DNA of 64,000 bases, from NCBI GenBank assembly GCA_036336835.1, contig JAYZFK010000046.1:64001-128000 (forward strand), in the 5' to 3' direction. Each line of letters opens with the position of its first letter. Within the stretch, counting starts at the first letter, position 1. Position numbers and translations under genes: made by a program. This document shows positions 51,094 through 60,719 of the stretch, one piece after another. This DNA comes from Myxococcota bacterium. GTDB lineage: Bacteria; Myxococcota_A; UBA9160; UBA4427. The notes beneath the pieces are model-generated. The model was not told the origin of the DNA. It saw only the letters and a program-made list of their open reading frames with translations, and did not search any database.

Positions 51094-53088
51094 TCAGTGC
51101 CGGCCGCCGCGCGCTCCTCCGCCCCGGCCAACGCGCCCGCTGCCGCCGCGACCCACGCGCGCACCGCCGTCGCCGCGGCGCGAGCGGCCACCACTACCGA
51201 TTGCGCGCGAACGGCTGGCGCCGGACGAGCGCTCCTTGGACTGGAACGCGGCGCTGCGATCGCGGCGACTCTTCGCCGCACGGCCCACGCTGGCCGCGCG
51301 CGAACTGCCACGCGCGCGCTCGACGCGCGGGCTGCGATCGCCCCGGTCTGCTCGCGCGCGCGGGCTCGCGGGCGAAGGCGTGGGGGCGACCCGCGTCGCA
51401 CGCTGGCCGCGGCCGGAACGAACCCTGATCGGGCGGGCCACATCCGACCGCGCGACGCGGGGAACGCGACGCTGCGCAGCGCGCGACGGTCCGGTGCGGT
51501 CGAGGCGACCGCGATGGCGGCCCGCTGCGTCCACGCGCGGCAGTCGGTCGACCCGCACGGCGCGACCCCTCTCGCGTCGGTCGACCCGCACGGCGCGACC
51601 CCTCTCGCGTCGGTCGACCCGTTCGGCGCGACCTCCCTCGCGTCGGTCGACCCGTTCGGCGCGACCCCTCTCGCGTCGGTCGACCCGTTCGGCGCGACCT
51701 CCCTCGCGTCGGTCGACTCGTTCGGCGCGACCTCCCTCGCGTCGGCCGACTCGTTCGGCGCGACCTCTGTCGCGTCGGCCCGCGCGATGAGTCCGCTCGC
51801 GGTGCTCTCCGCGCCGCCAATCTCGGTCGAAGTGCCGGCCGAAGGTCCCGTCCGGCATGCGCACAGTGCGGCTGCGGAACTCGCCGCGCCGTGATCCGCG
51901 CGCGGCTCCACGGCGCCCGTCGCGCGAGCGGAACGTCCGGCCGCCGATCGTCTCGGGCGAGCCATGGCGATGCGCGCGCCAATCGGAGTGACGCTCGTGA
52001 CGCCGCACTGTGCGGTAGACGGCGTGGCTCGAACGATGGTGGTGGTGTCTGCGATGGTCGAAATGGCGTGCCACACGCTTGTAGCGATGATGGTGCCCAC
52101 CGTAGAACCAGTGCACGAAGTGCAGCGACGGCAGCCCGAAGGAAACTGGGTAGCGAGACGGTCCGTAATAGAACCCGAAGTGCGGATACACCGGATACCA
52201 CCAGCCCCAGGGATACCAGTAGGCGTACCAACGCGGGTAGCCGAACCAATACGGGTAGGGAGAGTAGTACTGACGCACACTGACGCGCACGTCTTCGCTC
52301 GTCAGGTCATCGTATTCATAGCCGTACTCGTCGGCGTACTCGCGCGCCGCCTGCTCGAGTTCGCCACGCGCCTCGGGATCGTTCGTCAGCCCGTCGCGCC
52401 ACTCCTCTTCGACTGCCCGGTTGGCGGCAGCAACTGCGACCGCCAGCTCGTTGATCCGCTCGCGCGTTGCCTCCGGGTCGGCAGCAAATGCCTCGCCGAT
52501 CGCCACCAGGGCGCTCGGGCTGCGGGCGAGCATCGCGAGCAGCTCGGGATCCTCGAGCAGCTGCGCGAACGCCTCTCGCGCGGACTCGGGCAGCGGAGCC
52601 ACCTCCTCGCCGAACTCGATGTCGGCCGAAGCCTTGATCGCATCCGCCTCCTGCAGGAGCTCGAAGTGTTCGCGGCCCAGGTGGCGGATCGCGGCCCGCA
52701 CCGGCTCGGGTCGTTGCTCGGCGATCGCATCGAGCGCCGCAGCGTCCTTCTCGCCGCCCGTGACGACTTCGCCTAGCACGCCTGGCGTGCGCACCAGCTC
52801 CCACAGCTCCTCCTGGTGCTCGCGATCGAGGCGCTGAATGCGCAGATCGAAGGCCGCACCCGAACGCGCCTGGATCAGCTCGATACGAACGAGCACATCC
52901 GGGTGCTGGGTTGCTGCGAGCGCGGCTTCGCGCCGCTCAGACGTGCGCGAGGCGATGGCTTCGAGCAGCTCCTGCTCCCGCTCGTCGAGGGCGTCGAGCC
53001 CTTCGGGCGCCTGCAATGCGAGGGAGGCCGGGGCAAAGACGAGCTGTAGCACCGCCGCGAAGATCCAGGAGCGTGCGTGAGGGGCCAT
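51094..53088 (-). CDS. Exported hypothetical protein (possibly DUF3300-like) with acidic helical domain, Tyr/Trp-rich linker and Arg-rich repeat tail
   Basis: GGAGG RBS; signal peptide; YPYWFGYPRWY segment; low-complexity C-terminus. Confidence 0.7.
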   Translation of the reverse strand: MAPHARSWIFAAVLQLVFAPASLALQAPEGLDALDEREQELLEAIASRTSERREAALAATQHPDVLVRIELIQARSGAAFDLRIQRLDREHQEELWELVRTPGVLGEVVTGGEKDAAALDAIAEQRPEPVRAAIRHLGREHFELLQEADAIKASADIEFGEEVAPLPESAREAFAQLLEDPELLAMLARSPSALVAIGEAFAADPEATRERINELAVAVAAANRAVEEEWRDGLTNDPEARGELEQAAREYADEYGYEYDDLTSEDVRVSVRQYYSPYPYWFGYPRWYAYWYPWGWWYPVYPHFGFYYGPSRYPVSFGLPSLHFVHWFYGGHHHRYKRVARHFDHRRHHHHRSSHAVYRTVRRHERHSDWRAHRHGSPETIGGRTFRSRDGRRGAARGSRRGEFRSRTVRMPDGTFGRHFDRDWRRGEHRERTHRAGRRDRGRAERVGRREGGRAERVDRREGGRAERVDRRERGRAERVDRREGGRAERVDRRERGRAVRVDRRERGRAVRVDRLPRVDAAGRHRGRLDRTGPSRAAQRRVPRVARSDVARPIRVRSGRGQRATRVAPTPSPASPRARADRGDRSPRVERARGSSRAASVGRAAKSRRDRSAAFQSKERSSGASRSRAIGSGGRSRRGDGGARVGRGGSGRVGRGGGARGGRH
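51543..51780. repeat. 33-bp tandem repeat, about 7.2 copies, coding
   Basis: Contiguous units resembling GTCGGTCGACCCGTTCGGCGCGACCTCCCTCGC, no spacers; encodes RREGGRAERVD variants on the minus strand. Confidence 0.95.
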
Positions 53089-53252
53089 CGGAATCGACCT
53101 CCGGCCCGGCCTGATTGCCGGGGACTCGAGTTCGACGCATGACGGCACCATTACTTCATCGGGCGACGCCAGGATCCCGCGGGGAGTGCTCGGAGATGAG
53201 CAGCGTATCCAAACCCGTAACTGCGAGGATGACACAGGAAAGGGTCATCCGG

Positions 53253-54296
53253 TCATCGCCCGGTGTCGGAAGCCCCCAGCCGGCCCGAGAGCAGCCGGGC
53301 GGCCGGGCGAGTCGTCTCTAGCTGTTCGAACAGGATCTTGAGCATGGCGGTGATCGGAGTCGCGAGCAGCATCCCGACGATCCCCCACAACATGCCCCAG
53401 AGGATCAACGCCATCAGGATCGCGACCGGGTGCAGGTCGAGTGCATCGCCCAAGATCTTCGGCTCGAGCACGCTTCCGATCACGAACTGGATTGCGCCCG
53501 GCACGGCGATCGCAGCGACCGCCGCCGCCTGGGACGTATCCGGGCTCATGATCACCACCGGCAGCGGCAATAGTGTCGCGATCAGCGAGCCCACGCTTGG
53601 AATGAAATTCAGCAGGAACGCAAACAATCCGAACGCCAGCGCGAGATCGATCCCCAGCAGCCACAGCACCGTGCCGACCAGGATGCCGGTCGCGCCCGAC
53701 ACCAGCGCCTTGGTGGCGATGTAGCGCTCCACGCGCCGCTCGATGTCCCGCCAGATGCCGCTGTCGTCGGATGTCGACAATGCGGTCTCGCGTCCGATCA
53801 ACAGGTAGATCATGAAGATCAGCACCAGCAGCGACTTCGAGAGCAGATCGACGATCGCGTTGGTCGTGCCCAGCAACATGCTCCCGATCGCGCTGACCGG
53901 AATCTGCGAGATCGGGTCGAGCATCGCGCTCGAATCGATGCCGAGCAGCTCGAGCGGCGCTGCGTCGGCAACACGCGCGAGCAGCTCCCCGAGCCACATC
54001 TGGTACTCGGCGGCGTTGGCTGCGAGCTGCACGACCGACGTCTGGATCAGCGCCGCTACCGCGGTGAGCAACCCAATGCCTAGCAACAGCGTGGTCCCGA
54101 TCGAGAGCGAGCGCGGCAGCTTGAGCCGACGCACCTGCACGTCGACCACGGGCTGGAGCCCGAGCGCGAAGAACACCGCGAGCACGAAGGGAACCATCAC
54201 CGGCCGCAGCCAGTAGAGCGCAAAGCCCGTTCCGATCACACTCAGGATCAGCAGGCAGGCTGTCTGGATCCGGCGTTCCTGCAGCTCTCGTTCCAT
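53253..54296 (-). CDS. AI-2E family transporter
   Basis: LNFIPSVG, EPKILG..LDLHP, WGMLWGIVGMLLATP. Confidence 0.92.
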   Translation of the reverse strand: MERELQERRIQTACLLILSVIGTGFALYWLRPVMVPFVLAVFFALGLQPVVDVQVRRLKLPRSLSIGTTLLLGIGLLTAVAALIQTSVVQLAANAAEYQMWLGELLARVADAAPLELLGIDSSAMLDPISQIPVSAIGSMLLGTTNAIVDLLSKSLLVLIFMIYLLIGRETALSTSDDSGIWRDIERRVERYIATKALVSGATGILVGTVLWLLGIDLALAFGLFAFLLNFIPSVGSLIATLLPLPVVIMSPDTSQAAAVAAIAVPGAIQFVIGSVLEPKILGDALDLHPVAILMALILWGMLWGIVGMLLATPITAMLKILFEQLETTRPAARLLSGRLGASDTGR

Positions 54297-54371
54297 CGGC
54301 TGGCACCGCCTCCGCGCCGCTGTCGGTGCAGCGTCGCACGGCGGCGGATGATATCATCGGATCTCCACGTG

Positions 54372-56438
54372 ATGAGCGAGCCCGTACTTCACCGCCTCAC
54401 GACCTCCGCGTGGATCCTGCTCGGCGTCGCGATCTGCGCCTGGATGATTCCCCTCGAGCCGAACCTGCTCGAGGAGGGCATCGCGCTCCACCTCGCCCAG
54501 CGCATGATGCAGGGCGAGCACCTGTTCCGAGACCTCGCGAGCTTCACCGGGCCGCTTCCCTTCGAGCTGCTCTCGCTTCTGTTCCGCGCGTTCGGCACCG
54601 ACATCTGGGTGGCGCGCGGCGCGGTCGCCGTGATGCACGGTCTGGCTTGCGGCGCCGCCTATGCACTCGCGCACGCGGCGCGACGCGATGGATTCGCCCA
54701 TCTCGCGGCGGGCTTCGTCGCCGCAGCGCCCGTGCTGCTGTTTCCGCTCTTCTCACTCTACTTCTACTCATTGCTGGCGTTGCACCTCGCGCTCCCCGCC
54801 GCCTGGGCCGCGCAGCGCGGCGTCGATTCACCGCGACTCGCCGCCCTCGCTGGCGCGCTCGTCGCTGGCGTTGCGCTCTGCAAGCAGAACTTCGGTCTCT
54901 CGCTCGCGCTGTCCCTCGGACTGGCTCTCGCTGCCGCGACACCACGGGGACAGCGGTGGCGGCGCTGCGGCACCTACGCCGCGGGAGGCATCGCAGTCAC
55001 CTTTGCGACGCTCGCGCTCTACGCCGCTCGCGGCGACCTGCTGCCACTCTGGCAATCGCTCGTCACCCTCCCATTGTCGTTCACGACGACATTCGATTCA
55101 CCCTACGTCAACATGTGGCCGCCGGGCGAGCTGCGCGAGGATATCTACATCGATCGCGCTCGTTATGTTCCAGGCCTCTACGGACTGCGCTTCAGCATCT
55201 TCGAGGGCATTAGCTTCGCGACTGCCTTGTGGACCCAGCTGCTCTACGCGTCGCCATTCATCGCTCTCGTCCTGACGCTGCTCGCCGCGCGCAAGTCCGC
55301 GCTCCCGCGCGCCACCTGGATCCACACGGCCCTGCTCGTCGCGACGATCCCCACACTGTTCCCTCGCACGGACTGGGGCCACCTCGTCTACGTGTTGCCC
55401 GCCACCATCGTGCAGCTGTGTTTGATCGCGCGCTCACTGTCACAACCGGCTTGGGCGAGGGCCAGCGCAGCGGCTCTCGGACTGGTGCTTGCCGTACTGA
55501 CCGCGGCGACCGGCGCGTGGCTGCACGACCGCGCGCGGCCGGCGCGCTTCGGGCCCCACCTGCCGATCCAGCCGGTGAGCGGCATGCTGAGCGCGCCGCC
55601 ACTCGGCCCGGTGATCGCCGCTCTGCGCACACGCACCGCCCCGGGCGAGCCGATCTTCGTGGCCCGCGCGGAGCCGCTTGTCTACTTCGCAGCCGGCAAT
55701 CCGAACCCGACGCCCTACAGCGGCGTAATCCCCGGTATCCGCCAAGAGCAGGAGCAGACGATTACGGCCGCGTTGCGGGTCGTTCGTTATGTCGTGATGA
55801 GCGACATCGATCAGCCTCTCTTCGTCTACTACAGTGATGTGCTCCCCGGAGTGTGGGCCCACCTCGAACGTCACTTCCGGGTGGCGCGAAACGCACCCCC
55901 GGGCTGGCTCACTTTGCTCGAACGCGGCGAGGACCGCGGGCCGACCGCAATCGACCTGTTCGAGTTGCGGGAACAGGGGGTTGCCTTCGTACGCCAGGCG
56001 AACGGCTCGCTCGCCAAGCCACCCGGCCCGGCGCCGCGACTCGCCGCCCGCCTGAACCGACGTCCGCTCGCCTTCTGGCTCGGTGACCGGGGCGGCGGCA
56101 TTGATTTCGAGCTGGTGGTCCCGCCCGCTGCGCGCTTCCAGAGCGACATCGCGCTGGGGCAGACGATCGGGCTCACCCGCCCTTACGAACACCCGAGTGG
56201 CGTCGATGCGGTGGTCTCGATCGCACCCGATGGCGAGAGCCTGCGCGAGCTCGTGCGACGGCGTATCGAGGCGGACGCGAGCCCACACCACAGCTGGCTG
56301 CCCATCGAGGCCGACCTCGCCCGGTGGGCGGGACAGCGGGTCACGCTGCGCCTGGAGATCCGTTCGATTCGAACGATCGCCGACGACCGCCTCGCCTGGT
56401 TCGGGAGCCCCCGACTGGCGACACCGCCGCGGCGCTGA
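54372..56438 (+). CDS. GT-C (ArnT/PMT-like) polytopic glycosyltransferase with C-terminal soluble domain
   Basis: EEG acidic motif after TM1, LFRD...GP, CKQN, about 11 TM segments. Confidence 0.7.
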   Translation: MSEPVLHRLTTSAWILLGVAICAWMIPLEPNLLEEGIALHLAQRMMQGEHLFRDLASFTGPLPFELLSLLFRAFGTDIWVARGAVAVMHGLACGAAYALAHAARRDGFAHLAAGFVAAAPVLLFPLFSLYFYSLLALHLALPAAWAAQRGVDSPRLAALAGALVAGVALCKQNFGLSLALSLGLALAAATPRGQRWRRCGTYAAGGIAVTFATLALYAARGDLLPLWQSLVTLPLSFTTTFDSPYVNMWPPGELREDIYIDRARYVPGLYGLRFSIFEGISFATALWTQLLYASPFIALVLTLLAARKSALPRATWIHTALLVATIPTLFPRTDWGHLVYVLPATIVQLCLIARSLSQPAWARASAAALGLVLAVLTAATGAWLHDRARPARFGPHLPIQPVSGMLSAPPLGPVIAALRTRTAPGEPIFVARAEPLVYFAAGNPNPTPYSGVIPGIRQEQEQTITAALRVVRYVVMSDIDQPLFVYYSDVLPGVWAHLERHFRVARNAPPGWLTLLERGEDRGPTAIDLFELREQGVAFVRQANGSLAKPPGPAPRLAARLNRRPLAFWLGDRGGGIDFELVVPPAARFQSDIALGQTIGLTRPYEHPSGVDAVVSIAPDGESLRELVRRRIEADASPHHSWLPIEADLARWAGQRVTLRLEIRSIRTIADDRLAWFGSPRLATPPRR

Positions 56439-56454
56439 CCCGATCGTTCCGCGT

Positions 56455-57456
56455 TCAATCGGGGGCGTCAGGACGCCGCGCCACCACGTGTACCGTGGCA
56501 CCACTGCGACACACTGCCGCTGCGATCGACAACGCGAGCGCGGGCAGCGAGCCAAAGACGAGCCAGAGCCCGATCGCGAGCCGTGACGCGCGGCGCGTTC
56601 CGGACCGCTGCGGCGGGCTGTGAAGCGCGGTGTACAGCCGATTGGGGCGCTCGGGATCAAACCCGTTCTGCAGGCTCTGGATCCAGCCGAATGGATTTTG
56701 CCGCAGCGAGAAGTGATGGGTGCGTCCGCACTCGAAGCCACAGCGCTCGATCAGCTGGCGCAGCGCCGTGAGCGGAAACTGGTAGAGGTGGCGCGGCGCG
56801 TCGAGATGAAACCAGCCCGCGCCGGCCAAGCGCGCCTGCCAGCTCGAGAAGTTGGGCACCGCAACCACGAGCCGCCCGCCCGGCTGCAAGATCCGGTAGC
56901 ACTCCTCGAGCGTCGCGCGCGGGTCGCGCAGGTGCTCGAGCACGTGCCAGATCACGATCTGGTCGAAGCTCGCTGCGTCGTACCGGGCCGCCGTGAGATC
57001 GGACACGATGCGGATCTCGGCCCGCTGATCGGCGCCACGAACCGCGGCCTCGCTCAGCTCCACGCCATGGGCCTCGAAGCCGAGATCGGAGAGCGGCCCC
57101 AGGACCACCCCGCGACCGCAGCCTACGTCGAGCACGCGCGCGCCCGGCTCGAGCCCTGCCGAGAGGAAGCGGGCGTGGCGAGCCGCCACGAGACGCACCC
57201 CCCACTCGACCGCCGACACGAACTTGGAACCGGGAGCGCCGTAGTACTCGTCCGGGTAGAAGGAGGCGACCTCGGCCGGCCCCGGCATGGGTGCAAAGCG
57301 GCCCAGCCCACACTCGGTGCACACCACGATCGGCGACTCGATGCCATCGACCGCAAAGTGTGGGCTCGCGCTGGTGGCGTCGCAGACGGAACACGCCGAG
57401 ACGGAGACGACCTCTGTTGCTCCGATCGGGCGAACAGGTCGATCGTAGAGGGCCAA
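56455..57456 (-). CDS. Class I SAM-dependent methyltransferase with N-terminal Zn ribbon
   Basis: CSVC and CTEC, LDVGCGRG, WHVLEH, PRHL; GGAGA before TTG. Confidence 0.85.
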   Translation of the reverse strand: MALYDRPVRPIGATEVVSVSACSVCDATSASPHFAVDGIESPIVVCTECGLGRFAPMPGPAEVASFYPDEYYGAPGSKFVSAVEWGVRLVAARHARFLSAGLEPGARVLDVGCGRGVVLGPLSDLGFEAHGVELSEAAVRGADQRAEIRIVSDLTAARYDAASFDQIVIWHVLEHLRDPRATLEECYRILQPGGRLVVAVPNFSSWQARLAGAGWFHLDAPRHLYQFPLTALRQLIERCGFECGRTHHFSLRQNPFGWIQSLQNGFDPERPNRLYTALHSPPQRSGTRRASRLAIGLWLVFGSLPALALSIAAAVCRSGATVHVVARRPDAPD

Positions 57457-57548
57457 GTGGTCTCCAGGACGCGGCCGGCCGGCGCGGCCCGCGAGCGTGC
57501 ACTCTCCCAGGGCGCGCGTCAAACGCAGTGCGGGGCTAGCCTCGGACG

Positions 57549-58466
57549 ATGGGCTCCGGACGCGTACTGCTCAGCGGTGCCACCGGTCTGGTCGGGCAGG
57601 CGTTGCTGCCTGCCCTGCTGGAGCGCGGTGCCACGGTCCACGCCCTCACTCGACGCAAGCCGAAATCACAGCCCGCCCAGACCGGCGGCGCACACTTCTT
57701 CGAGTGGGATGGTGTGCATCCGCCCGAAGCTTCACTGCGCGGCATCGACGCCGTCGTCCACCTGGCCGGCGAGCCAATCTTCGGCGGCCTGGTCACGCAA
57801 CGGCGCATGCGACGGATGGTGTCGAGCCGCATCGACTCGACGCGCGAGCTGGCGGCGAGGATTGCGGCGCTCGACCCGTCGCAGCGGCCGGGCCGCTTCG
57901 TCTGCGCCTCCGCAGTTGGCCTCTACGGCGACCGCGCCGACGAGAAGCTCGACGAAGCCAGCGTGCCCGGCCGGGGCTTCCTACCGGACCTGTGTCGAGA
58001 CTGGGAGCGCGCCGCCGAAGAGGCGCGCTCCTCCAACCTCAGCGTCGCGCGCCTGCGCTTCGGCGTCATCCTCTCGCGTCGCGGAGGCGCACTGCCACCC
58101 ATGCGCAGGTCGTTCGAGCTGCACCTCGGTGGACGACTGGGCAGCGGAGACCAATGGGTACCGTGGGTCCACCTCGACGACGCCGTCGGCGCGGTACTGC
58201 TCGCCATCGACGGCAGACTCGACGGCCCTGTCAACGTCGTCGCGCCCAACCCCGTGACCAACCGCGAGCTGACACGCGAGCTGGCGAAGCAGCTCGGTCG
58301 GCCTGGCTTCTGGGTCGTGCCGGGGTTCGCGCTGCGCGCCGTGCTGGGCGAGATCGCCGACGAGCTGCTGGGCAGCAAGCAGGTTGCCCCAGGCGCGCTC
58401 GAGCGAGCGCGCTATCGCTTCAGGTATCCCGAGCTGGCCCCCGCGCTCGTCGAAGAGCTCTCGTGA
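57549..58466 (+). CDS. TIGR01777 family oxidoreductase (YfcH-like)
   Basis: GATGLVG, HLAGE, SAVGLYG, GSGDQWVPWVH. Confidence 0.92.
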   Translation: MGSGRVLLSGATGLVGQALLPALLERGATVHALTRRKPKSQPAQTGGAHFFEWDGVHPPEASLRGIDAVVHLAGEPIFGGLVTQRRMRRMVSSRIDSTRELAARIAALDPSQRPGRFVCASAVGLYGDRADEKLDEASVPGRGFLPDLCRDWERAAEEARSSNLSVARLRFGVILSRRGGALPPMRRSFELHLGGRLGSGDQWVPWVHLDDAVGAVLLAIDGRLDGPVNVVAPNPVTNRELTRELAKQLGRPGFWVVPGFALRAVLGEIADELLGSKQVAPGALERARYRFRYPELAPALVEELS

Positions 58467-60433
58467 TCGACTCGAATCTGCTGTTCGAGCTGCTGCTGCT
58501 GCTGGCGCTGACCGCTGCCGGACTGGCGCTGTTCGAGCGACTGCGGCTTCCCTCGATCGTGGGCTTCCTACTCGTGGGCGCGATCGCAGGCCCGGGCGGA
58601 CTTCAGCTCGTCGAGGAGCCGGAGAGCGTCCGCTCGCTCGCCGAGATCGGCGTCGTCTTCCTGCTGTTCGAAATCGGCCTCGAGCTGCCGCTCGAGCGGC
58701 TTCGCACCCTGTGGCGCACCGCGCTGATCGCGGGCGGAGCGCAGGTGGCGCTCACCGTCGGCGTGGTCGCGGTCGGCGCCGGCGTGCTCGGGCTCGCCGC
58801 CGCGCCGGCGCTGGTACTCGGCGGCGTCGTCGCAATGTCGAGCACGGCGCTCGCGACGCGGCTGCTGGTCGACCAGGGCTCGGTCGACGCGCCCCACGGC
58901 CGGCTCTCGGTTGCCATCCTCGTGCTGCAGGACCTGGCGATCGTGCCCTTCCTGCTAGCGGTTCCGCTGCTGGGCGAAGCCGGGAACTCGCTGCGCGAGG
59001 TCGGCCTGGCCGTCGGGCGGATGGGCATCGCACTCGGTGGAATGCTGCTGGTGACTCGCGGTGTCGTGCCGCGGGTGCTCGACCGCGCGGCACGAGTCCG
59101 TTCGCCCGATCTGTTCAGCCTGCTCGCGCTGCTCGTCGTGCTCGGATCGGCCTTCGTCGCCGAGATGCTCGGTCTGACGCTGGCAGTCGGCGCGTTCCTG
59201 GCCGGAGTCGCAGCAACGGCCTCGCCGTACTCGCATCAGCTGTTCTCGGAGATCGTCCCGCTGCGCGGTGTGTTGATCGGCTTGTTCTTCACCGCGATCG
59301 GGATGATGTTCGATCCGCGCGTACTGATCGAGCATCCGGGCGACGTAGTCCTCTACCTCGCAGTCGCCATCGTGCTGAAGGGCGCGATCGTCGCCGGGGT
59401 TGCGGCGCGGCTCGCGCGCGAGCCGATGCGAAGCGGCGTACTGGCAGGCGCGGCCCTTGCCCAGACCGGCGAGTTCAGCTTCGTGCTGGCGGAGGCAGCG
59501 AGCTCGGCCGACCTGCTCGAGCCGAGCCTGCACCAGGTAGTAATCGCGGGCTCGATCCTCAGTCTGCTCGCAACGCCCTTCCTGTTGCGCGCCGCTCCGA
59601 TCCTGGTCGACTGGCTCGAGGGCGATGCGCCGCGCGGCAAGGGCGAAATCACCCGAGCCGACGATGCGCTGCTCGCCGAGCGCGTCGTCGTGATCGGGTT
59701 CGGACACGCGGGCCAGACACTCGTGCGAACCCTGCGGTCGCTCGAGATCCCCTACGTGATCGTCGAGGCCAACGCCAGCAGCGTCGAAGCCGCGCGCGAA
59801 CGAGGCGAGCCGATCGTGTTCGCCGACGCGACCCGCCCACCGGTGCTGCTGCGCCTGGGGGTCGACGTGGCAAAGCTCGTGGTCGTCGCCATTTCCGATC
59901 CGCTCGCGACTCGCCGCATCGTGTCGCGCGTCCATGCGCTCGCGCCGCAAACTCCCCTCGTCGCACGAACTCGCTACGTCCAGGAAGTCGACCTGCTCGA
60001 GCGGGCCGGCGCGTCGGCCATCATCGCCGAGGAGTACGAGGGAGCTATCGAGCTGGTCGCTCGCACGCTCGCGAGCTTTGCGATCCCGAGCACGGCCGTC
60101 CGCAACTTCACCGACGCCCTGCGCGACGAGGGCTACGGCGCCATCCGCACGAACGCCTCCCAGCCGATCGACCCGTGGCTGGTCGAGCTGCTCGATCAGA
60201 TCGAGACGGACTGGGTCGAAGTGCCCGCCGACTTCCCGGGCAACCTGAGCCTGAGCGATCTGGACGTGCGGGCCCAGACTGGCGCAAGCGTGCTCGCCGT
60301 GGAGCGCATCGGAGACGCAACGCCGAACCCGAGCCCCGAGCAGGCGATCCGGGCCCTGGACCGCCTGCTCGTTCTCGGCGATACCTCGGCGCTCGGCAAG
60401 CTCGAGCGATTGCTCCGCGAGCGCGCCAGCTGA
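58463..60433 (+). CDS. CPA2 cation:proton antiporter (KefB/KefC-like) with TrkA-N and TrkA-C domains
   Basis: LFEIGLE, SSTA, LQDL, QTGEFSF, IGFGHAG; GTGA overlap with the previous gene. Confidence 0.92.
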   Translation: MIDSNLLFELLLLLALTAAGLALFERLRLPSIVGFLLVGAIAGPGGLQLVEEPESVRSLAEIGVVFLLFEIGLELPLERLRTLWRTALIAGGAQVALTVGVVAVGAGVLGLAAAPALVLGGVVAMSSTALATRLLVDQGSVDAPHGRLSVAILVLQDLAIVPFLLAVPLLGEAGNSLREVGLAVGRMGIALGGMLLVTRGVVPRVLDRAARVRSPDLFSLLALLVVLGSAFVAEMLGLTLAVGAFLAGVAATASPYSHQLFSEIVPLRGVLIGLFFTAIGMMFDPRVLIEHPGDVVLYLAVAIVLKGAIVAGVAARLAREPMRSGVLAGAALAQTGEFSFVLAEAASSADLLEPSLHQVVIAGSILSLLATPFLLRAAPILVDWLEGDAPRGKGEITRADDALLAERVVVIGFGHAGQTLVRTLRSLEIPYVIVEANASSVEAARERGEPIVFADATRPPVLLRLGVDVAKLVVVAISDPLATRRIVSRVHALAPQTPLVARTRYVQEVDLLERAGASAIIAEEYEGAIELVARTLASFAIPSTAVRNFTDALRDEGYGAIRTNASQPIDPWLVELLDQIETDWVEVPADFPGNLSLSDLDVRAQTGASVLAVERIGDATPNPSPEQAIRALDRLLVLGDTSALGKLERLLRERAS

Positions 60434-60719
60434 GCGACGGTTCTTTCACCTGGCGCGCGCCGCGCTCTGGACGCCGAGCCGGTCGAGGGCGCGAAGGCGT
60501 TCGAGCTCGATGCCATCTCCTCGCTGGCGTATTCGGCCTGGAGACCCCATTCCTGGGCGCTTGCTCTCAGCCTGGCGCTTCGTCGTGCCGATGCACCGGG
60601 GAGGCCGGAGCGCCGGCGTGTTCCGCTCGCAAGCTCGTCGATCCGCCGCAGGGTCAACTACGTGTTGGCGAACTTGCACCTTTGCTGCGACCCGGAGTCG
60701 AGCCCGGAGGCAACTACTC

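Noticed and set aside
51543..51780. Possible CRISPR array (33-bp partly palindromic repeats)
   Set aside because: Units are contiguous with no unique spacers, the length is a multiple of 3 inside a CDS, and there are no cas genes
57497..60433. 978-aa ORF as a giant antiporter
   Set aside because: The first ~320 codons are an off-frame shadow of the TIGR01777 gene; the antiporter starts at GTG 58463
60665..60685. Sigma-54 promoter upstream of the ZorA-like gene (TTGGCG...TTGC)
   Set aside because: GG to GC spacing is 7 nt rather than the required 10
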